Below are positions 1-10,211 of a DNA stretch of 64,000 nt, in pieces. Each line of letters opens with the position of its first letter. Positions within the stretch are counted from its first letter, which is position 1. A model generated the notes under the pieces. That model had not been told where the DNA came from. It ran no database searches and saw nothing but the letters and a program-made list of their open reading frames with translations. Position numbers and translations under genes: made by a program. This stretch comes from Shackletoniella antarctica (GTDB taxonomy: Bacteria > Cyanobacteriota > Cyanobacteriia > Phormidesmidales > Phormidesmidaceae), in assembly GCA_003241845.1 (NCBI GenBank), contig QBMN01000001.1:1424-65423 (forward strand), in the 5' to 3' direction.

Positions 1-2
1 CT

Positions 3-542
3 GTGGCTGGCCCCGCCGCCGGGGGAATAGTTTCTTTGGCCATGCTGGTGGGTGGGCTGCTGCTGTCGCACCCCGGCAGCGCCTTTCAAATTCCGTCAGG
101 GTTCTTTCAGGGGTCGGTGCTCATTGGTGCCCTGGCCCGAGTCACCCTGGGAGACGTCTTGCAAGCGCCCCTGGTAGACATTCACCCGCTCACCATCATG
201 GGCTGGCTGGGCCTGGTGATTACCGCCCTCAACCTGATGCCCGCCGGGCAGCTCGACGGTGGCCGCATGGTGCAGGCCATCTACGGGCGCAAAACCCTGG
301 GCCGCACCACCGTATTTACCCTGGTGGTGCTGGGCCTGGTCTCCTTGGCTAACCCCCTGGCGCTGTACTGGGCCGGGGTGATCTTACTCTTGCAGCGCGA
401 CCCCGAGCGCCCCTGCCTCAACGACATTTCTGAACCCAATGACGCCCGTGCGGCCCTGAGTCTGCTGGCGCTATTTTTGGCCCTGACGGTGCTGCTGCCC
501 CTGACGCCGAGCCTGGCTGGGCGGCTGGGGATTGGGGGGTGA
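3..542 (+). CDS. Peptidase M50 (site-2 protease) family membrane protein, C-terminal part; 5-prime end lies left of the window
   Basis: ORF is open at the left edge, stop at 540-542. Hydrophobic multi-TM sequence with the M50 C-terminal motif LNLMPAGQLDGGRMVQAIYG. Confidence 0.7.
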   Translation: MAGPAAGGIVSLAMLVGGLLLSHPGSAFQIPSGFFQGSVLIGALARVTLGDVLQAPLVDIHPLTIMGWLGLVITALNLMPAGQLDGGRMVQAIYGRKTLGRTTVFTLVVLGLVSLANPLALYWAGVILLLQRDPERPCLNDISEPNDARAALSLLALFLALTVLLPLTPSLAGRLGIGG

Positions 543-588
543 TGAAGTGAGTGGGTAGGTGTTCGGCGTTCACTCACTCACCCACCCC

Positions 589-1515
589 CTAAGCCGCTGG
601 CCCCACCTGAATCTCTGCCAGGCGCTGAGCTAGGTACGCCTGCGCCGTGATCGGCGGAAACTGTGACCGGCCCCCCGTGCGTTCGATCAGGCTCTCTAGG
701 GGGGTGAGGTCAACTTCGGGGCGGGGGTGGACAAAAAAGGGCATCGACAGCCGCGATTGGTTGCTGTTGCGGGGGTTGACTACCCGGTGGGTGGTGCTCT
801 TAAACAGGCCGTTGGTCAGGTTTTGCAGCATGTCGCCGGTATCGACCACGATCTGGCCGGGGGTGGTTTGAATGGGTAACCACTGGCCCCCCTCGGTGAG
901 AATCTCTAGCCCAGGGGCGGTGGCTTCGCAGAGCAGAGTGATCAGGTTGATGTCTTCGTGGGGGGCGGCCCGCAAACTGCCGGGGGGCGTTGCCCCCACT
1001 GATGGATAGTGGGCCAGGCGCAGTACCGTATCCCCCCCGGTGGCCATGGCCACGAGCCAGTCGCTGGGCTGCCCCAGGTACTCGGCGCAGGCGGCGAGCA
1101 GCACCTCGGCGCAGGCCATCAGCTGCTGGTAGAGGCGGGTCATCACCGGGCGAAAGGAGGGCACCTCCTGGGGCCATGGGGCATCAGGAGCGGTGAGGCT
1201 CTGGCGGTTGATGTGCCAAAATTCTTTTAGATCGGGCAGGGTGTAGCCCTTGGCCTGCTCGCTGCCAAAGCTCGAAAAGCCCCCCTGATGCTGGGGCAGA
1301 GCGTACCGGGTTTTATCGCGATCGCCCAGGGCAAAGAACTCGCTGGCCACCTGATAGGCCCGACGCACCACCTCGGGGGAAACCGGGTGGGGTTCTAAAA
1401 TGAAGAAGCCGATCTCTTCTAGGGATCGGCCTAGGGTGGCGATCGCCCTCTGTCGTGCCACCGTTGTGCTCAATAGATCGGAGTAAGACACCACGGGAAT
1501 GGCGGGCCGAGTCAT
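589..1515 (-). CDS. 2OG-Fe(II) oxygenase superfamily protein (isopenicillin-N-synthase-like)
   Basis: Track ORF 589..1599 trimmed to ATG 1513-1515 (MTRPAIPVVSY). Iron-binding context PHEDINLITLL ... STTHRVVNP ... SRLSMPFF. Confidence 0.8.
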   Translation of the reverse strand: MTRPAIPVVSYSDLLSTTVARQRAIATLGRSLEEIGFFILEPHPVSPEVVRRAYQVASEFFALGDRDKTRYALPQHQGGFSSFGSEQAKGYTLPDLKEFWHINRQSLTAPDAPWPQEVPSFRPVMTRLYQQLMACAEVLLAACAEYLGQPSDWLVAMATGGDTVLRLAHYPSVGATPPGSLRAAPHEDINLITLLCEATAPGLEILTEGGQWLPIQTTPGQIVVDTGDMLQNLTNGLFKSTTHRVVNPRNSNQSRLSMPFFVHPRPEVDLTPLESLIERTGGRSQFPPITAQAYLAQRLAEIQVGPAA

Positions 1516-1525
1516 GGTGCTTTCC

Positions 1526-1596
1526 TTGGGTGCAATAAATGGTTGCAGTAAATTGGCGCAATACAATTGGCGCAATAAAACTTGGGCGCAATAAAA
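1526..1596 (-). promoter_or_regulatory. Four direct copies of TTGG(G)YGCAATAMAA in the leader/promoter of the oxygenase gene
   Basis: Copies at 1526-1539, 1553-1566, 1567-1580 and 1582-1596. The last three are head-to-tail with a 14-15 bp period. The block starts 11 nt upstream of the ATG at 1515. Confidence 0.45.
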
Positions 1597-1848
1597 CAAG
1601 CTGGATGGATTGTAGCAGCCTCGTCGACCGCAGGCTGCCCATAGGCAGAATTAAGGATAATTGGTGGAAATTGCCGCCTAGTGGAGGCAACGCACCATTC
1701 ATACAACCATCGATACAACGCGGCTGAACAGCTAAATCTACCTGCCAGATCTACCTGTTCAAAGGCCAAACCATAATGCGATAAAGTTGGACTAACAGGT
1801 CTACCTAGCCCTTGCCCCGATGACTTACTTGTTCCACTGGTTGTTTCT

Positions 1849-2685
1849 GTGAATAGATCTTCTGCCCAAGACTCTGGTCAAGACTCTGGCGCAACCTCTG
1901 GCGCAACCTCTGGCGCAACCTCTGGCGCAACCTCTGGCCAAGATCCTAGCTCGGTGCTGCGCATCGGCGATCGCGAACTGGCCCCGGCTGATGTCATGCC
2001 CCTGCTGCAGCGCTACGGCATGCTGCCTGCCCTGGTTAAAGAAATTGTGATCGACCAGGCGATCGCCGCCCTAGCGATCTCGCCAGAACAGCTCACCCAG
2101 GCCCTAGAACAATTTCTTCAGGCCAACCAGGTGACCACCCCTGAGCAGCGCCAGGCGTTTTTAACCCAGCGGTGCCTCACCGAAGCCGACCTAGCAGCCC
2201 TAGCCGAGCGCGCCCACAAGCTGCAGCAGTACAAAGCCGAGACCTGGGGGCCTAAGGTCGAGTCGCACTTTCTACAGCGCAAGGCCAGCCTAGATCGAGT
2301 GCTCTACTCACTGATTCGCACCCGCGATGGGGGGCTGGCCCAAGAGCTTTACTTTCGCATTCAAGATGACGGTCAGCCCTTTGCCGATCTGGCCCGCCAG
2401 CATTCTGAAGGGCAGGAGGCCCAAACCGGCGGGCTAATTGGCCCGGTCGAGCTGTCAGTGCCCCACCCGACCCTGGGCCGCATGCTCTCGATTAGCCAGC
2501 CGGGTCAGCTGTGGCCCCCAACTCGGGTCGGCGAGTGGTTTGTGGTGGTGCGCCTAGAGAAATTTTTGCCCGCCCGTCTCGATGAACCCACCCGCCAGCG
2601 CCTGTTGGACGAGCTGTTTAACGCCTGGCTAACACAGCAGGTACAGGCGGCGCTGAAGGAAAATGCATCGCCGATAGCGAGCTGA
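1849..2685 (+). CDS. PpiC/parvulin-type peptidyl-prolyl isomerase family protein with repetitive N-terminus
   Basis: GTG start. C-terminal half has a parvulin-like pattern (HSEGQEAQTGGLIGPVEL...GQLWPPTRVGEWFVVVRLEKF). N-terminus is (QDSG)2(ATSG)4. Confidence 0.65.
   Translation: MNRSSAQDSGQDSGATSGATSGATSGATSGQDPSSVLRIGDRELAPADVMPLLQRYGMLPALVKEIVIDQAIAALAISPEQLTQALEQFLQANQVTTPEQRQAFLTQRCLTEADLAALAERAHKLQQYKAETWGPKVESHFLQRKASLDRVLYSLIRTRDGGLAQELYFRIQDDGQPFADLARQHSEGQEAQTGGLIGPVELSVPHPTLGRMLSISQPGQLWPPTRVGEWFVVVRLEKFLPARLDEPTRQRLLDELFNAWLTQQVQAALKENASPIAS
1867..1950 (+). repeat. In-frame 12-bp tandem repeat (7 units) inside the PpiC-like CDS
   Basis: caagactctggy x2, gcaacctctggc x4 (perfect), caagatcctagc x1. 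Confidence 0.9.
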
Positions 2686-2720
2686 CAAGAGCGAGCTGAC
2701 AAGAGCGAGCTGACAAGAGC
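2677..2720 (+). repeat. 14-bp tandem repeat gcgagctgacaaga x3 spanning the PpiC stop codon
   Basis: Units at 2677-2690, 2691-2704 and 2705-2718. The stop TGA (2683-2685) lies in unit 1. Confidence 0.9.
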
Positions 2721-2954
2721 GGCACTTGGGGATAACTGGACAGTGCGAGGTTCTCTGCGCGCGGGGGATGTCAAGAAAAAACGACCTGTTTGGCGGGGTG
2801 GCGGCGGCGTTGGCGAGCGAGTCGATTGTGCAGGACTCTATTGGGGGCGATCGCACCGTGATTGATTTGATCTCAAGTTTTACCCACCGCTGCCACCGCC
2901 TGGGTCAGTCTCAGCGGCGGCAGCGGTGGGCGCAGTGTACCCATTAAAGCGGCG

Positions 2955-3902
2955 CTATAACCCCAGCCGCGCGGCAATGGTGGCCATCACCGATTGGCTG
3001 AGGGCCTCGTAGTCGTAGCCACCTTCGAGGCCAAAGAGAATCTTGTCGGTGACGCTGAGGCACTGGCGGGTGAAGGTGCCATAGTCTTGAGGCCTGAGAT
3101 TAACGCTGGCTAGGGGGTCAGCGGTATTGGCGTCGTACCCGGCGCTGACGATCAGCAAGTCGGGGGCAAAGCCTTTGAGAAAGGGAATCACCTTCTGCTC
3201 AAAGGCCTCTATGTAGTCGCCGCTGGCGCTGCCGGGGGCCATGGGCAGGTTGAGCACGTTGTGGTGCAGGCCGGTTTCGCCGCTGTGGCCGGTGCCGGGG
3301 TAGGCGGGCATTTGGTGGAGCGAGCAGTAGGCGATCGCCGCATTTCCCTCAACCAAGGCCTGGGTGCCGTTGCCGTGGTGTACATCCCAGTCGAGAATGG
3401 CAACGCGGTTAATGCTGGATTTTTCTAGGGCGTAGTGGGCGGCGATCGCCGCGTTAGCAAACAGACAAAAGCCCATGCCGCGATCGCGCACCGCGTGGTG
3501 CCCCGGCGGTCGCGCCAGCACAAAGGCTGAATCCCCGGTTTCTAGCACATAATCAACGCCGTCGAGCCAGGCGCTCACCGCCAGTCGCGCCACCGCGTAG
3601 CTGCGCTCAGACACCACCGTATCGCCGTCGATGTGGCCACCGCCTGTGTGGGCAATCTCCCGCAGGGCGGCGACGTAGCGAGGGTTGTGGATCTGGGCAA
3701 TCAGGCTATCCACAGCCTTTCGCTGCTTGACCGGGGTGGGTTCCTGCCAGTCGAGATGATCGGCCCAGGGCACACCCTCCAAAGCGGCCACAACGGCTGT
3801 CAATCGACCCGCATTTTCGGGGTGAAAACTACCGGTGTCATGGTCTAAAAAATCTGGCGAATAGATGATGGCAAAATCGGCCAAAGCGAGGGCGTGGTGC
3901 AC
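2955..3902 (-). CDS. Histone deacetylase / acetoin-utilisation (AcuC-like) family amidohydrolase
   Basis: 315 aa. Catalytic motifs RPPGHHA and DWDVHHGNGTQ, then GGYD near the C-terminus. Confidence 0.85.
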   Translation of the reverse strand: MHHALALADFAIIYSPDFLDHDTGSFHPENAGRLTAVVAALEGVPWADHLDWQEPTPVKQRKAVDSLIAQIHNPRYVAALREIAHTGGGHIDGDTVVSERSYAVARLAVSAWLDGVDYVLETGDSAFVLARPPGHHAVRDRGMGFCLFANAAIAAHYALEKSSINRVAILDWDVHHGNGTQALVEGNAAIAYCSLHQMPAYPGTGHSGETGLHHNVLNLPMAPGSASGDYIEAFEQKVIPFLKGFAPDLLIVSAGYDANTADPLASVNLRPQDYGTFTRQCLSVTDKILFGLEGGYDYEALSQSVMATIAARLGL

Positions 3903-4117
3903 GGCAAACTCAGGGGGGATGAACTACTGCAAATTAGGCGTGGAACTAAGGCGGTGAAACGACGCTAAATCAGTGACCCTGCGCCCTTGGCTACACCATA
4001 GCGCCCGATGATTTGAACCGGGGAATTCGTGCTAAAATATAGCCTACATGAGTCCGCAAAAAACATACTGATTAAGCGCTATTCAGCACCGCTCGGTGTG
4101 AGGGTCTGACTAGCGCT

Positions 4118-6784
4118 TTGTCGTTCGCAAATTCGGAGTTTTTAGAGCCTATGGCAACCCCAGAAGAGCGCATCGTCCCTACCGATCTGCGCGTCGAAAT
4201 GCAAAGCTCTTACCTGGAATACGCCATGAGCGTGATCGTGGGTCGGGCGCTGCCAGATGCCAGGGACGGGCTCAAGCCAGTGCATCGCCGTATTCTCTAC
4301 GCCATGCACGAGCTGGGTTTAGCCGCCGATCGCCCCTTTCGTAAGTGCGCCAGGGTAGTCGGTGAGGTGCTGGGTAAGTACCACCCCCACGGCGACACGG
4401 CGGTGTATGACGCCCTGGTGCGCATGGCCCAAGACTTCTCCATGCGGGTGCCGCTGATCAATGGCCACGGCAACTTTGGCTCCATCGACAACGACCCCCC
4501 GGCGGCAATGCGATACACCGAGTGTCGTCTGCAATCGCTGACCAGCGACTCGCTGCTGCAAGACATCGAGTCGGAAACGGTCGATTTTGCCGACAACTTC
4601 GACGGCTCTCAGCAAGAACCCGTGGTGATGCCCTCGCGGCTGCCCCAGCTGTTGCTCAACGGCTCCTCCGGCATTGCCGTGGGCATGGCGACCAACATTC
4701 CGCCCCACAACCCCGGCGAGCTGATCGACGGCGTGATTGCGCTGATCAACAACCCCGAGATCTCCACCGCCGAGCTGATGGAGATCATTCCCGGCCCCGA
4801 CTTCCCTACGGGCGGGCAGATTTTGGGCCGCAGCGGCATTCGCGACGCCTACATGACCGGGCGCGGCTCGGTCACCATGCGCGGCGTCGCCAGCATGGAA
4901 ACCATTGAGCACCGGGGTCGGCCCGATCGCGAAGCCATCATCATCACTGAGCTGCCCTACCAGACCAACAAGGCGGGCATGATCGAGCGGATCGCCGAAA
5001 TGGTGAACGAGCGCCGCCTGGAGGGAATTTCCGATATTCGTGACGAGAGCGATCGCGACGGCATGCGCATCGTCATCGAGCTCAAGCGCGACGCCTACCC
5101 CCGCGTGGTGCTCAACAACCTCTACAAGCAGACGCCGCTGCAAAACAACTTCGGCGTCAACATGCTGGCCCTGGTCAACAGCGAGCCTCAGCTGCTCGGC
5201 CTCAAGCGCATGCTAGAGGTGTTTGTAGAATTTCGCGAAGAAACCATCATTCGCCGCACCCGCTACGAGCTGCGGCGGGCCCAAGAAAAAGACCACCTGC
5301 TCCAGGGCTACCTGATTGCCCTGGAAAATTTAGACGCCATCATTGCCCTGATTCGCGGCGCGGCCGATACCCCCACCGCCAAGCAAGAGCTGATGGATAC
5401 CTACAGCCTGTCAGACTTGCAGGCCGACGCCATTCTGCAAATGCAGCTGCGCCGCCTCACCGCCCTAGAGGCCGACAAAATTCAGCGGGAGCACGATGAG
5501 CTAGTCGCGCAAATTACCGATCTGCAAGACATTTTGGCTCGGCGCGAGCGCATTCTTGAGATCATCACCACCGAGCTGGGCGAGCTTAAGGCCAAGCACA
5601 ACAGCCCCCGCCGCACCGTGATCGAAATGGACGATGCGGAACTCACCGACATCTCCCTGATTGCCAACGAGCAGGTGGTGATTTTGGTCACCGACCAGGG
5701 CTACATCAAGCGCATGCCCGTGGCCACCTTTGAGGCCCAGAGCCGCGCCACCCGAGGCAAAGCCGGGGCCAAGATGAAGGAAGACGACGGCGTGCAGCAC
5801 TTCATCACCTGCTACACCCACGACTACCTGCTGTTCTTTAGCGATCGCGGCGTCACCTACGCTCTGCGGGCTTACCAGATCGCCGAGGGTTCTCGCGCCG
5901 CACGGGGTATGCCGATCGTGCAAATGCTGCCCATTCCCAAAGAAGAGGCGATTACCTCGGTGCTGGCGGTGCGCGAGTTCACCGACGAAGACTACCTGGT
6001 AATGCTCACCCAGGGCGGCTTTGTGAAGAAAACGGCGCTGTCGGCCTTTAGCAATATTCGCACCAACGGGCTGATCGCCATCTCCCTCGAAGAGGGCGAC
6101 CACCTCAAGTGGGTGCGCCTGGCCCGCAACACCGACAGCATTTTGATCGGCTCGCGGCGGGGCATGACCATTCACTTTAAGGCCACCGACGACCAGCTGC
6201 GGCCCCTGGGGCGACCCACTCGCGGCGTGCGGGCGATGTCTCTGCGCGACGGCGACGAGCTGATCAGCATGGATATTTTGCCCAGCCAGGTGGTCGAAGC
6301 GGTTGTGCAGGCTACTGAGTCGGGTAGCAACAGCGACGATGATGACGATACCGTGACCAGCGGTAGCGAAGATGGCCCCTGGGTGCTGGTGATTACGGCC
6401 TCGGGCCTGGGCAAGCGGGTGCCGGTGGCCAAGTTCCGTCTGCAAAACCGGGCCGGTATGGGCCTGATGGCGATCAAGTTTCGCAAGGGCGACGACACCC
6501 TGGCCTCGCTGCTGGTGGTGGGCGAGGGCGATGAGCTAATGCTGGTCACCAACCGGGGCATCATCATTCGCCAGCGGGTGAACGATATCTCGATTCAGTC
6601 GCGACCAGCGACCGGGGTGCGCTTGCAGCGGCTCGACGCAGAGGATGCGATCGCCGCCGTTGCCGTGGTGCCCCCTGCCCTGCAAATCGAGGGTCTCGAC
6701 GATGCTGATGAGCCTGGCGCTGAGGAGTCTGCTGAAACGGGTGCGATCGAGGTGACGGCTGAGGCATCGACCGAGGAGGAGTAA
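4118..6784 (+). CDS. gyrA: DNA gyrase subunit A
   Basis: 888 aa. N-terminal [23 protein letters not shown] and active-site region AAMRYTE. Beta-pinwheel C-terminal domain and acidic tail. TTG at 4118, alternative ATG at 4151. Confidence 0.95.
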   Translation: MSFANSEFLEPMATPEERIVPTDLRVEMQSSYLEYAMSVIVGRALPDARDGLKPVHRRILYAMHELGLAADRPFRKCARVVGEVLGKYHPHGDTAVYDALVRMAQDFSMRVPLINGHGNFGSIDNDPPAAMRYTECRLQSLTSDSLLQDIESETVDFADNFDGSQQEPVVMPSRLPQLLLNGSSGIAVGMATNIPPHNPGELIDGVIALINNPEISTAELMEIIPGPDFPTGGQILGRSGIRDAYMTGRGSVTMRGVASMETIEHRGRPDREAIIITELPYQTNKAGMIERIAEMVNERRLEGISDIRDESDRDGMRIVIELKRDAYPRVVLNNLYKQTPLQNNFGVNMLALVNSEPQLLGLKRMLEVFVEFREETIIRRTRYELRRAQEKDHLLQGYLIALENLDAIIALIRGAADTPTAKQELMDTYSLSDLQADAILQMQLRRLTALEADKIQREHDELVAQITDLQDILARRERILEIITTELGELKAKHNSPRRTVIEMDDAELTDISLIANEQVVILVTDQGYIKRMPVATFEAQSRATRGKAGAKMKEDDGVQHFITCYTHDYLLFFSDRGVTYALRAYQIAEGSRAARGMPIVQMLPIPKEEAITSVLAVREFTDEDYLVMLTQGGFVKKTALSAFSNIRTNGLIAISLEEGDHLKWVRLARNTDSILIGSRRGMTIHFKATDDQLRPLGRPTRGVRAMSLRDGDELISMDILPSQVVEAVVQATESGSNSDDDDDTVTSGSEDGPWVLVITASGLGKRVPVAKFRLQNRAGMGLMAIKFRKGDDTLASLLVVGEGDELMLVTNRGIIIRQRVNDISIQSRPATGVRLQRLDAEDAIAAVAVVPPALQIEGLDDADEPGAEESAETGAIEVTAEASTEEE

Positions 6785-7018
6785 ACCAAAGGTTTATCTA
6801 CTGCCGGGTCGATCAGCCCACAGGTGGTCGTGTGGTTATCTCCGCGCCCCTTTGCGATCGCGCTGATCAACCCGGCGGTGGTGCAGCCCTGCTGAGTTCA
6901 AGGTGCTCGGTTCACGACCTGCTTTAAACCGGACACCTTAAACCCTGAACCCTAGGCAGCTAGGTCATAGGGTCACTCAGCAGTCTCTCCATGCCAAAGA
7001 TCGTCAAAGGCGGAACCT

Positions 7019-7684
7019 ATGCCCCTTGTAAATCTGGTTAAAATTCCCATTCAAACCATCAATCTCTCACCAGGGAGCCACCTGCTGATTGAGGATGTCA
7101 CCTGGGAGCAATACGAGACGCTGCTGGAAGATTTAGGCGAGGATCGACATATTCCACGCATTAACTACTGCAACGGCACGCTAGAACTCATGGCCCCGCT
7201 ACCCGCCCACGAACGCCCCCGCCGCATCATTGCTGATATTGTCAAAGCTCTTTTGGATGCCCAAGGGCGGGATTGGGAAGATTTTGGCGCAACCACCTTC
7301 AAAAAGCTGAAAAGGGCAGGGCTAGAGCCAGACACTTGTTTCTATATTCAAAATGCAGAACGGGCTAGAACTTTAATGCGCATGGATATGGCCTCAGACC
7401 CGCCCCCAGATTTGGCGATTGAGGCGGATGTGACGTCTAAAACTACGCTCGATGCCTACGCCATTCTAGAAGTACCTGAAGTCTGGATTTACGACAACGG
7501 CAAACTTACTATTTATCTCCTCGATAACGGTGACTATCAGTGTTCTGCCGAGAGTGTGGTTTTGCCAAATTTCTTGATTATTGAGCTGGTTCCTAAACTG
7601 GTGGCTCAGGCCTTTGCCACGGGCACCAGCACGATGCTGCGCGCCCTCAGACAGCAGCTGCAATCGGGTGAGCTAGCGCTGTGA
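7019..7684 (+). CDS. Uma2 family (DUF820) PD-(D/E)xK endonuclease-like protein
   Basis: Typical pattern: YCNGTLELMAPLPAHE ... EPDTCFY ... PDLAIEADVTSK ... YAILEVPEVWIYD. Confidence 0.85.
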   Translation: MPLVNLVKIPIQTINLSPGSHLLIEDVTWEQYETLLEDLGEDRHIPRINYCNGTLELMAPLPAHERPRRIIADIVKALLDAQGRDWEDFGATTFKKLKRAGLEPDTCFYIQNAERARTLMRMDMASDPPPDLAIEADVTSKTTLDAYAILEVPEVWIYDNGKLTIYLLDNGDYQCSAESVVLPNFLIIELVPKLVAQAFATGTSTMLRALRQQLQSGELAL

Positions 7685-7886
7685 TGATGGATGGTTCAGC
7701 GATCGGGGCGATCGCCTGTAGTGAGGATATCCACAAGATCGTCTACCAGGCGATCGCGCTCTACCGGAGTAATCTCATACTTCCAGAATATTGTGTTTAG
7801 CTAGCAGCATGTAGCAAGAGCGACTGAGAAGCGCAACGTTGCCCCTGATCACCACAGTGGTGGCCTATCCTAGAGGCTGCTGAACA

Positions 7887-9068
7887 ATGGATGGGTGGGG
7901 ATTGTCAATGGATTGGATGCGTCCTAATCGACGATGGGGGCTGTGGCCAATGCTGGCTGCGGTGTTGATGGTGGCGTTGACCAGTTGTGCCATACCCCAG
8001 CTCAAGGCCGAAGATCGGCTGTTTCTGCCCGTCGTCGTCGACCTGCTCGATGTTTACAACCTGCCCCCCCAAGAGTTTCAGGGCACTACAGTCGGCGGGC
8101 TGTCGGCCCTGACCTACGATCGCCCCCGCAATCTGCTCTACGCCCTCTCCGACGATCGCAGCCGGTTTGGCCCCGCTCGGTTCTATACCCTAGCCGTCAC
8201 CCTGGGCGGTAGCGCTAGCCAGCCCCGGTTTGACACCGTCAGCATCGAACGTTTCACCCCCCTGCTCGATGCCGACGGCAACCCCTACCCCAGCGGCAGC
8301 GTCGACCCCGAAGGTATAGCCCTGTCGCCCCGCGACACGCTATACATCACCAGCGAAGGAGATGTGCAGCAAAACGCGCCGCCCTTTATCGGTGAGTTTG
8401 ACCGCCAGACGGGGCAGGTGATCTCGACCCTGCGGCTGCCGGAGCGATTTTTGCCCGACAACCCCGACAGCCCCACTCGCGGCGCGCAAAACAACCTCAG
8501 CTTTGAGGCGCTGACGGTGACCGGGTCGCCCGGCGCGGGCATGGTCGAACCCTTTCGGCTGTTTGCCGCCACCGAGTCGGCCCTGGTGCAAGATTACGAC
8601 GATGACCCCAGCCAGCCCCTCAACAGCCGCTTTTTGCACTATTTGATTGGCGACGACCAGTCCACGCTGATTGCCGAGCACCGCTACCCACTTGAGCTAG
8701 AGCCGTCTGGAGCAGTGGTCAACGGTCTGACGGCCCTGCTGTCAATTGATTCGGGCGGCCATTTCCTCGCCCTAGAGCGGGCCTTTGGCCTGCGGGGGTT
8801 ACAGGTCAAGCTGTTTCAGCTGGCGACCGGCGGCGCAACCGATACTTCAACCATCGCCAGCCTGCGGGGCGATGTCTCGGGCACGGCCCCCATTCGCAAG
8901 CAGCTGGTGCTCGACTTTGCCGACACCCCCCTGGCGGTAGATAACCTGGAGGGCATGACCCTGGGGCCGCGCCTGCCCGACGGCAGCCAGAGTTTGTTAA
9001 TGGTGAGCGACAACAACTTCGAGGGCGATCGCGCTACCCAGCTGCTGCTCCTGCGTTTGCAGATGTAG
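7887..9068 (+). CDS. Phytase-like (esterase-like activity of phytase) family lipoprotein
   Basis: Signal peptide with lipobox LTSC. GGLSALTYDR...LYALSDDR and DPEGIAL motifs, as remembered for this family. Confidence 0.6.
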   Translation: MDGWGLSMDWMRPNRRWGLWPMLAAVLMVALTSCAIPQLKAEDRLFLPVVVDLLDVYNLPPQEFQGTTVGGLSALTYDRPRNLLYALSDDRSRFGPARFYTLAVTLGGSASQPRFDTVSIERFTPLLDADGNPYPSGSVDPEGIALSPRDTLYITSEGDVQQNAPPFIGEFDRQTGQVISTLRLPERFLPDNPDSPTRGAQNNLSFEALTVTGSPGAGMVEPFRLFAATESALVQDYDDDPSQPLNSRFLHYLIGDDQSTLIAEHRYPLELEPSGAVVNGLTALLSIDSGGHFLALERAFGLRGLQVKLFQLATGGATDTSTIASLRGDVSGTAPIRKQLVLDFADTPLAVDNLEGMTLGPRLPDGSQSLLMVSDNNFEGDRATQLLLLRLQM

Positions 9069-9201
9069 GGCTTCTATCCCGCAAAAACATCCTCTAGACA
9101 ATGGCTGACGCACATCTGCCCAGAGGATGTGGCGCTACCGTTCCCAGAAACGGTCTTATTCAAAATCCGATTTGTAAACCCCAATTCTAATCAGGAAACC
9201 C

Positions 9202-9229
9202 GTAGGGGCGCAGCATGCTGCGCCCCTAC
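9202..9229. terminator. Perfect 28-bp GC-rich palindrome between convergent genes (bidirectional terminator or REP-like element)
   Basis: GTAGGGGCGCAGCATGCTGCGCCCCTAC. It lies downstream of both 7887..9068(+) and 9273..9827(-). Confidence 0.5.
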
Positions 9230-9272
9230 ATATCGGGGATATTCTTTCGGGATTTGGTATTAAAAAACCTGA

Positions 9273-9827
9273 TTAGCTAGCAGCGCTGCCGATCGCCCCT
9301 TTTAGAGCCGCAATCCCCTGCTCGACGCTGGCCCACAGGCCCATGTCAGGCTCTTGACCGGCTATTTCGCGAGTGCCAACAAAGTAAAGCACGCCTTTGA
9401 GCACCTCTTGGTGGGCACGATTTTCAAAGTTAACTTTGTTGAGCGGCTCCATAGCATCTTGAAGCGTGTCGCTCAAGGTTTGACCTACTTTGTGCAGCAC
9501 CAAACCCGTCATCACCTGCTGGTGCTTCAACAATTCAAGCTGAAAAAACTTGTCGTAGGGGGATAATTCTGAACCAGCCATCATTTTAATGACGGCCTCA
9601 GCATGTTTTTGGGTGATATCGCGCGGCGCGGCTGCGGAGCCTAGTTTGGTCACAGCCTCTTCGATGTTGCCGAGGTTTTCGCGATCGCTCTTTAGCATCC
9701 CTTCAAGACGCTCACGAATGGTGCGATCGCTGGTGGCCGCCATTAGCTTTTGCTCGCTGTCAATCAAGACAGTTTGGAAAAGCTTTAGGTCAGCAAGCTT
9801 GGTTGCTAAGGTTGTCATATCAGTCAT
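9273..9827 (-). CDS. Conserved hypothetical all-helical protein (ferritin-like/DUF892-like four-helix bundle is a guess)
   Basis: 184-aa ORF with coding-like composition and no convincing motif. Confidence 0.5.
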   Translation of the reverse strand: MTDMTTLATKLADLKLFQTVLIDSEQKLMAATSDRTIRERLEGMLKSDRENLGNIEEAVTKLGSAAAPRDITQKHAEAVIKMMAGSELSPYDKFFQLELLKHQQVMTGLVLHKVGQTLSDTLQDAMEPLNKVNFENRAHQEVLKGVLYFVGTREIAGQEPDMGLWASVEQGIAALKGAIGSAAS

Positions 9828-10211
9828 TAGATGTCTTTCCTAACTGGAAGTTTGATAGGGTGTGATTGACTCACAATCTTTATGGTTCCGTAAGAATTCA
9901 GGGGTACCCTCTCTCTTTGGAAAGGTTCGGGGCGAAAGCCATCTCTACCGTTTGCACCAGCTGGGCAGAAATCGATCCGCTAGGCCAACTCCCCCCGCTC
10001 CAGCGGCTCGTCTGCCTCGCGACGGACGGCGAATAGTCAGCCCGCAGCCACTGGAGCGAAAACAACGTCTCTGGCTGTCTGCTGCGCCCTGCGCTCTTTT
10101 GAGACCTTAGAGCAGGCGCAGGCTGTGCTCTTGCAACGGGAGCTGATCGAAACACCCCCCAGGGCTACGGCATTCAAATTGAGCTGATTCGCTTCTAGTT
10201 GACGGACGGTT

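Noticed and set aside
4319-6445. Several 270-315-aa minus-strand ORFs (4319..5143, 5501..6445) and plus-strand alternative-frame ORFs
   Set aside because: They lie inside gyrA in antisense or shifted frames. Their Ala/Gly/Arg/Val-rich low-complexity translations are typical of spurious ORFs in GC-rich DNA.
9828-10211. Possible cobalamin riboswitch (a GCCACTG B12-box-like heptamer near 10050) or other leader RNA
   Set aside because: Only the heptamer matches. I could not find the other conserved riboswitch blocks. On the plus strand there is no downstream gene to regulate, since the next gene is on the minus strand. I left it unannotated.
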